Shown piece after piece: positions 58,601-60,000 of a stretch of DNA of 60,000 nt. This stretch comes from Botryllus schlosseri (taxonomy: Eukaryota), in assembly GCA_051294905.1 (NCBI GenBank), contig CM119372.1:2358001-2418000 (forward strand), read 5' to 3'. The position numbers were made by a program, and so were the translations under genes. The notes beneath the pieces were generated by a model. It had not been told where the DNA came from and searched no databases. It saw only the letters and a program-made list of their open reading frames with translations. Each line of letters opens with the position of its first letter. The stretch's first letter is position 1.

Positions 58601-59329
58601 GCAGTGTTATATGATTGTCGATATACAATGTTCTTTCTATTCTCTACTAGTTGCTGACGATTACCCATGACGAGTGTCACTTGAAAATATTTGCGTTCAT
58701 TTCAATTAGAAAATATTAATCAATGAAAATACATTTCTCAGAGTGCCGGGCCAAATTTAATTCATACGATTTCATATCCCAAATCCAATTCATTGAAAAT
58801 TGACAATTACTTATACCCACTCGTGGATTGTGAGGTTGTTTCAGGACTTTCCGACGTTAGAGATTCTGATTGATAAGTATCATTGCCTGTACAATTCCAA
58901 TCACAGCAACACAACAGAATGAATTACCAGTTAGCAGTATCGACGGATCATTGCACAAATTGCCATCACAGCAAGCAGCTCGACATGACGTAAACTTCAT
59001 ATCGACGCCTTGCATTGAAGCAGCAGGGTCCAAGTAATCACATACGTTCTCGTTACAAGAGAGGGAAGGCAGACAGAATCCATACGTTGCTTCAACTGGA
59101 TATATAACAGTCATTTTAGATTAACATCTTCAAATGATTTCATCGTTACCACACAATAGCATACCGTCCGTACTCGATCCTGACATCTGCACTGTCGCGG
59201 AAGCTACCGCTACCGCACATTTAGATCCTTGATCACACGCCGTCACATTCTTGAAGTTTGTTACTGGGGTTCCGTTCATTGAAAGGACAGCCTTTTGTAT
59301 CGAGTAGCATTCAAGATAGTCTGCTTTAT
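18893..59329 (-). CDS. Multi-exon gene (5'-partial): giant secreted/surface protein with >=15 Ly6/uPAR (three-finger) domains separated by mucin-like T/S/P spacers
   Basis: 30 LU half-domain exons plus ~20 spacer exons. Each has an AG acceptor and GT (one GC) donor, a length divisible by 3, phase 1-1 and an open frame. Recurrent motifs LxCY...CPxxxxC and YGxC-x5-C-x4-C...C-x3-CC-x4-CN. Spacer exons: 58062-58109, 57945-58004, 54720-54767, 54183-54230, 51603-51647, 51500-51541, 50850-50885, 48428-48472, 48325-48366, 47611-47652, 47515-47550, 46540-46584, 46437-46478, 46162-46203, 44446-44499, 43854-43898, 38944-39072, 38291-38401, 37052-37090, 35189-35278. That all exons join one transcript is inferred. 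Confidence 0.85.
19838..20368. mobile_element. GACTC-rich hAT-type MITE
   Basis: (a)agggttgtaa/ttacaaccctg ends, 8-bp TSD ggtcagac. Confidence 0.85.
20765..21629 (-). CDS. LU domain 14 (exons 21468-21629 and 20765-20971)
   Basis: QLQCYNVRQ...NCSALDTGCVL / ISGGCTTAEYCGVESCN...QCQAACCADSKCNSL; 162+207 nt. Confidence 0.9.
22110..22663. mobile_element. Fold-back (near fully palindromic) MITE
   Basis: Left arm agataactaacctatggat... is the imperfect reverse complement of right arm ...atccgtaggttagttatct over ~270 bp. Confidence 0.75.
22919..24853 (-). CDS. LU domain 13 (exons 24698-24853 and 22919-23116)
   Basis: GLQCYQLDK...TCPSSSKCSY / TETASCKAESLCDDSFCE...SCTTYCCDSDLCNKA; 156+198 nt. Confidence 0.9.
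24200..24560. repeat. High-copy palindromic interspersed repeat (core ctactagttgctgacgattacccctgacgagtgtcagccgaaaatattcgggttcatttc)
   Basis: Inverted pair here and at ~43960-44400, ~54480-54670 and ~58435-58720; single arms at ~3460-3620, 17690-17790, 23170-23310, 25560-25670, 35920-36010, 46900-46980, 49820-49960, 52630-52780 and 55880-56050. Confidence 0.8.
25140..25534 (-). CDS. LU domain 12 (exons 25379-25534 and 25140-25319)
   Basis: QLSCFKIDR...QCPPGSKCTY / NTFASCVPEMLCSVNPCT...KCLSYCCSEDFCNGQ; 156+180 nt. Confidence 0.9.
26499..27715 (-). CDS. LU domain 11 (exons 27563-27715 and 26499-26726)
   Basis: GPSCFNSME...SCKQQEQCMF / INYGDCAEESTCSNRLCD...NCNITCCENDFCNEK; 153+228 nt; missed by the ORF track. 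Confidence 0.88.
27860..28353 (+). mobile_element. 3' end of a non-LTR retrotransposon (CR1/L2-group-like ORF2 C-terminus, 3'UTR, (TC)n tail)
   Basis: HVHCHYTRSQSKENIYLPPPNSNLTKRLIDYSGPIIWNALP fits the HxYxTR...YxGPxxWNxLP LINE ORF2 C-terminal pattern; ends in AATAAA followed by (TC)n. Confidence 0.7.
31123..33898 (-). CDS. LU domain 10 (exons 33749-33898 and 31123-31335)
   Basis: VLRCYAIDN...ECEAGTRCVL / SFYGACVDESDCVGDLCT...SCTSQCCETDLCNDF; 150+213 nt; second exon appears to end at a GC donor (CAG|GCAAG). Confidence 0.88.
31649..33707. mobile_element. GACTC-rich hAT-type MITE split by a nested insertion
   Basis: catggttgt.../ttacaaccctg ends, perfect 8-bp TSD ggttcaag. Confidence 0.8.
31977..33566 (-). 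mobile_element. Decayed hAT DNA transposon with transposase remnant (nested in MITE)
   Basis: TIR caggcctgtttatttttgga at both ends and perfect 8-bp TSD gtcatgcg. GC-rich interior with frameshifted fragments TGWIKGVATRVEQAAGYEIVRVWCGLH (hAT CxxH region), YLRQQQNLI*EMKSTCPKFVDT, SMFSTTATVEADFS and EGILQAKDF (hAT C-terminal dimerisation-like). Confidence 0.8.
36118..36992 (-). CDS. LU domain 9 (exons 36834-36992 and 36118-36312)
   Basis: EARCYNIRK...TCGDLTRCMF / VNYGECVSEKSCQGDTCD...SCSAYCCEGDLCNDG; 159+195 nt. Confidence 0.88.
37249..37586. mobile_element. hAT/Charlie-like MITE
   Basis: catggattcttaacc.../gtttgagaaacactg ends, TSD cactaggg/cactagga. Confidence 0.65.
37616..38176. mobile_element. 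Fold-back hAT-type MITE
   Basis: tacggctgttc/gaacaacccta ends, internal inverted arms, TSD ccgtatat/ccgtatac. Confidence 0.65.
39255..39629. mobile_element. hAT/Charlie-like MITE
   Basis: TIR cagtggttccaaa/tttggagccactg, perfect 8-bp TSD atctatac. Confidence 0.8.
40572..40977 (-). CDS. LU domain 8 (exons 40816-40977 and 40572-40757)
   Basis: SLMCYYVNK...PCEGGGTCLS / INYGTCVPEASCTEGICG...TCSEFCCDGNLCNGG; 162+186 nt. Confidence 0.9.
41085..42049. mobile_element. Non-autonomous hAT-type element with AGTCA repeats, nested in an older element (~41049-42561, TIR tagagcctgac)
   Basis: TIR cagtgttgggat/atcccaacactg, perfect 8-bp TSD gctgatac; internal (CAATA)n microsatellite at ~41511-41540. Confidence 0.85.
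42638..43792 (-). CDS. LU domain 7 (exons 43628-43792 and 42638-42844)
   Basis: SLKCYVINK...TCPENSACLL / IQYGLCVTALSCGGNLCE...SCKATCCSEDLCNEG; 165+207 nt. Confidence 0.9.
44815..45247 (-). CDS. LU domain 6 (exons 45083-45247 and 44815-45018)
   Basis: SLRCYTLTR...TCLPQFKCML / VSYGSCLPAVSCNTNICD...SCDASCCEADLCNDLP; 165+204 nt. Confidence 0.9.
47024..47456 (-). CDS. LU domain 5 (exons 47292-47456 and 47024-47227)
   Basis: SLKCYTLTR...TCPLQSKCML / VTYGSCLPAVSCNTNICDHV...SCNASCCDGDLCNDLP; 165+204 nt. Confidence 0.9.
48606..49610. mobile_element. Long-TIR non-autonomous DNA transposon containing telomere-like CCCTAA repeats
   Basis: TIR core gtgaactcggccctcgggaaat at both ends, further inverted arms, 8-bp TSD gtggcaga, internal C-rich accctaa/acccaa repeats at ~49100-49360. 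Confidence 0.8.
50363..50791 (-). CDS. LU domain 4 (exons 50627-50791 and 50363-50566)
   Basis: SVKCYTLTR...TCLPQFKCML / VTYGSCLPAVSCNTNICD...SCDASCCDGDLCNDLP; 165+204 nt. Confidence 0.9.
53724..54123 (-). CDS. LU domain 3 (exons 53965-54123 and 53724-53906)
   Basis: TLTCYSINK...SCPAGSRCLL / IVYGSCVPSLSCVANLCD...SCDAYCCDSDLCNND; 159+183 nt. Confidence 0.9.
55140..55700 (-). mobile_element. Penelope-like retroelement fragment (RT C-terminus/linker + GIY-YIG endonuclease)
   Basis: ELDTIRKILLENSYPEHVI...VYIRLPWI...KDALPALQQSNVV.KYKFHCYCGYVGQTKQRLQDRIKQHVP...SAIGKHLL, typical of Penelope GIY-YIG domains; frameshifted. Confidence 0.8.
56090..56509 (-). CDS. LU domain 2 (exons 56348-56509 and 56090-56284)
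   Basis: PLQCYSMSK...ICPSNSKCVS / DANYGNCVPAGLCSGDPCD...SCAARCCDNSLCNGG; 162+195 nt. Confidence 0.9.
57280..57674. mobile_element. hAT/Charlie-like MITE inserted in another interspersed repeat
   Basis: TIR cagtggttc/gaaccactg, perfect 8-bp TSD gcctagag; host repeat (gtgggtgtctgatt...cgacaccttcctatc) also at ~15260-15490, 50130-50290 and 53280-53440. Confidence 0.8.
58928..59329 (-). CDS. LU domain 1 (exons 59165-59329 and 58928-59095)
   Basis: YLECYSIQKAV...ACDQGSKCAV / EATYGFCLPSLSCNENVCD...SCRAACCDGNLCND; 165+168 nt, phase 1. Confidence 0.9.
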
Positions 59330-60000
59330 CTGTTAAGATTCAAGAAATGCAGCCATTGTCGGATACGTGCTGGCAGAGTTGGACACGTAGTGTGCAGCGT
59401 TCAACAAGTCAATCAGTGAATCCCAGGAATCGGGAAAAAGAGTTTATTTCGAACAGCCCGCTAGTACAGCTTTTTCCAGATTAGACTAGAATTTGAACTA
59501 CTGAAATTGCAAAGATTTGGAAATTGAACTAAATTTCGAATTACAAAAAAATGCGACAAAATTTAGGTCCCGTTCCTAAAAGTCAGGGGTTCATTCTCAG
59601 AAGCACGAGAATGACTAATATCTGCACACCAAGCCTGGCTCGTTCACAGTTCTCCTGTTGCATTTGAAGGGAAACAAGAAATCTGATTAGAATATCAATT
59701 AGAGCAAATAAAATTCTCACAAATTAGATTAGAATAAGATTTGTAGCATTTTGATCTAATTAGACTAGTTAGACAACAAAACAATTCTATTGTGCATGCT
59801 GGACCTCGACCAGGAATAAATTTGAATACCAATCACATGCATGACACGTTTATATCAGCAAAACATTACGGCAGAAAAACGTCAAGAGGTGGTTATGGTC
59901 TGATAACATCTTGCTAGTATAGTCGTGAATATCAATGACCCGTAGACTGTACAATATAAATGCGATGTTATTACTCTGAATCAAAATGATTGCAAACTGG

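Overview
AT-rich, intron-rich animal genomic DNA, not prokaryotic. The short ~60-nt introns, the C-type lectin style and the repeat content suggest an invertebrate, possibly an ascidian, but that is only inference. All supportable genes lie on the minus strand. (1) From ~59.3 kb down to ~18.9 kb I can read about 50 small GT(GC)-AG exons. They encode at least 15 tandem Ly6/uPAR (LU, three-finger) domains, each split over two phase-1 exons, separated by Thr/Ser/Pro-rich mucin-like spacer exons (~2,150 aa in the window; 5' end not found). The LU domains have a non-canonical 10-Cys pattern. (2) An intact, intronless single-domain hexokinase with TATA/Inr lies at 11.9-13.3 kb. (3) From ~7.0 kb down to 0.17 kb are two tandem [mucin-kringle-mucin] units followed by a C-type lectin exon that runs off the window. 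Blocks 1 and 3 are phase-compatible and share a homologous spacer exon. They may form one giant LU-mucin-kringle-lectin mosaic gene with the hexokinase nested in an intron; this is unproven. Introns are full of non-autonomous hAT-type elements with 8-bp TSDs, a decayed GC-rich hAT transposase nested in a MITE, a Penelope-like fragment, LINE 3' ends and a tRNA-derived SINE. Exon coordinates were read by eye from splice signals and frame.
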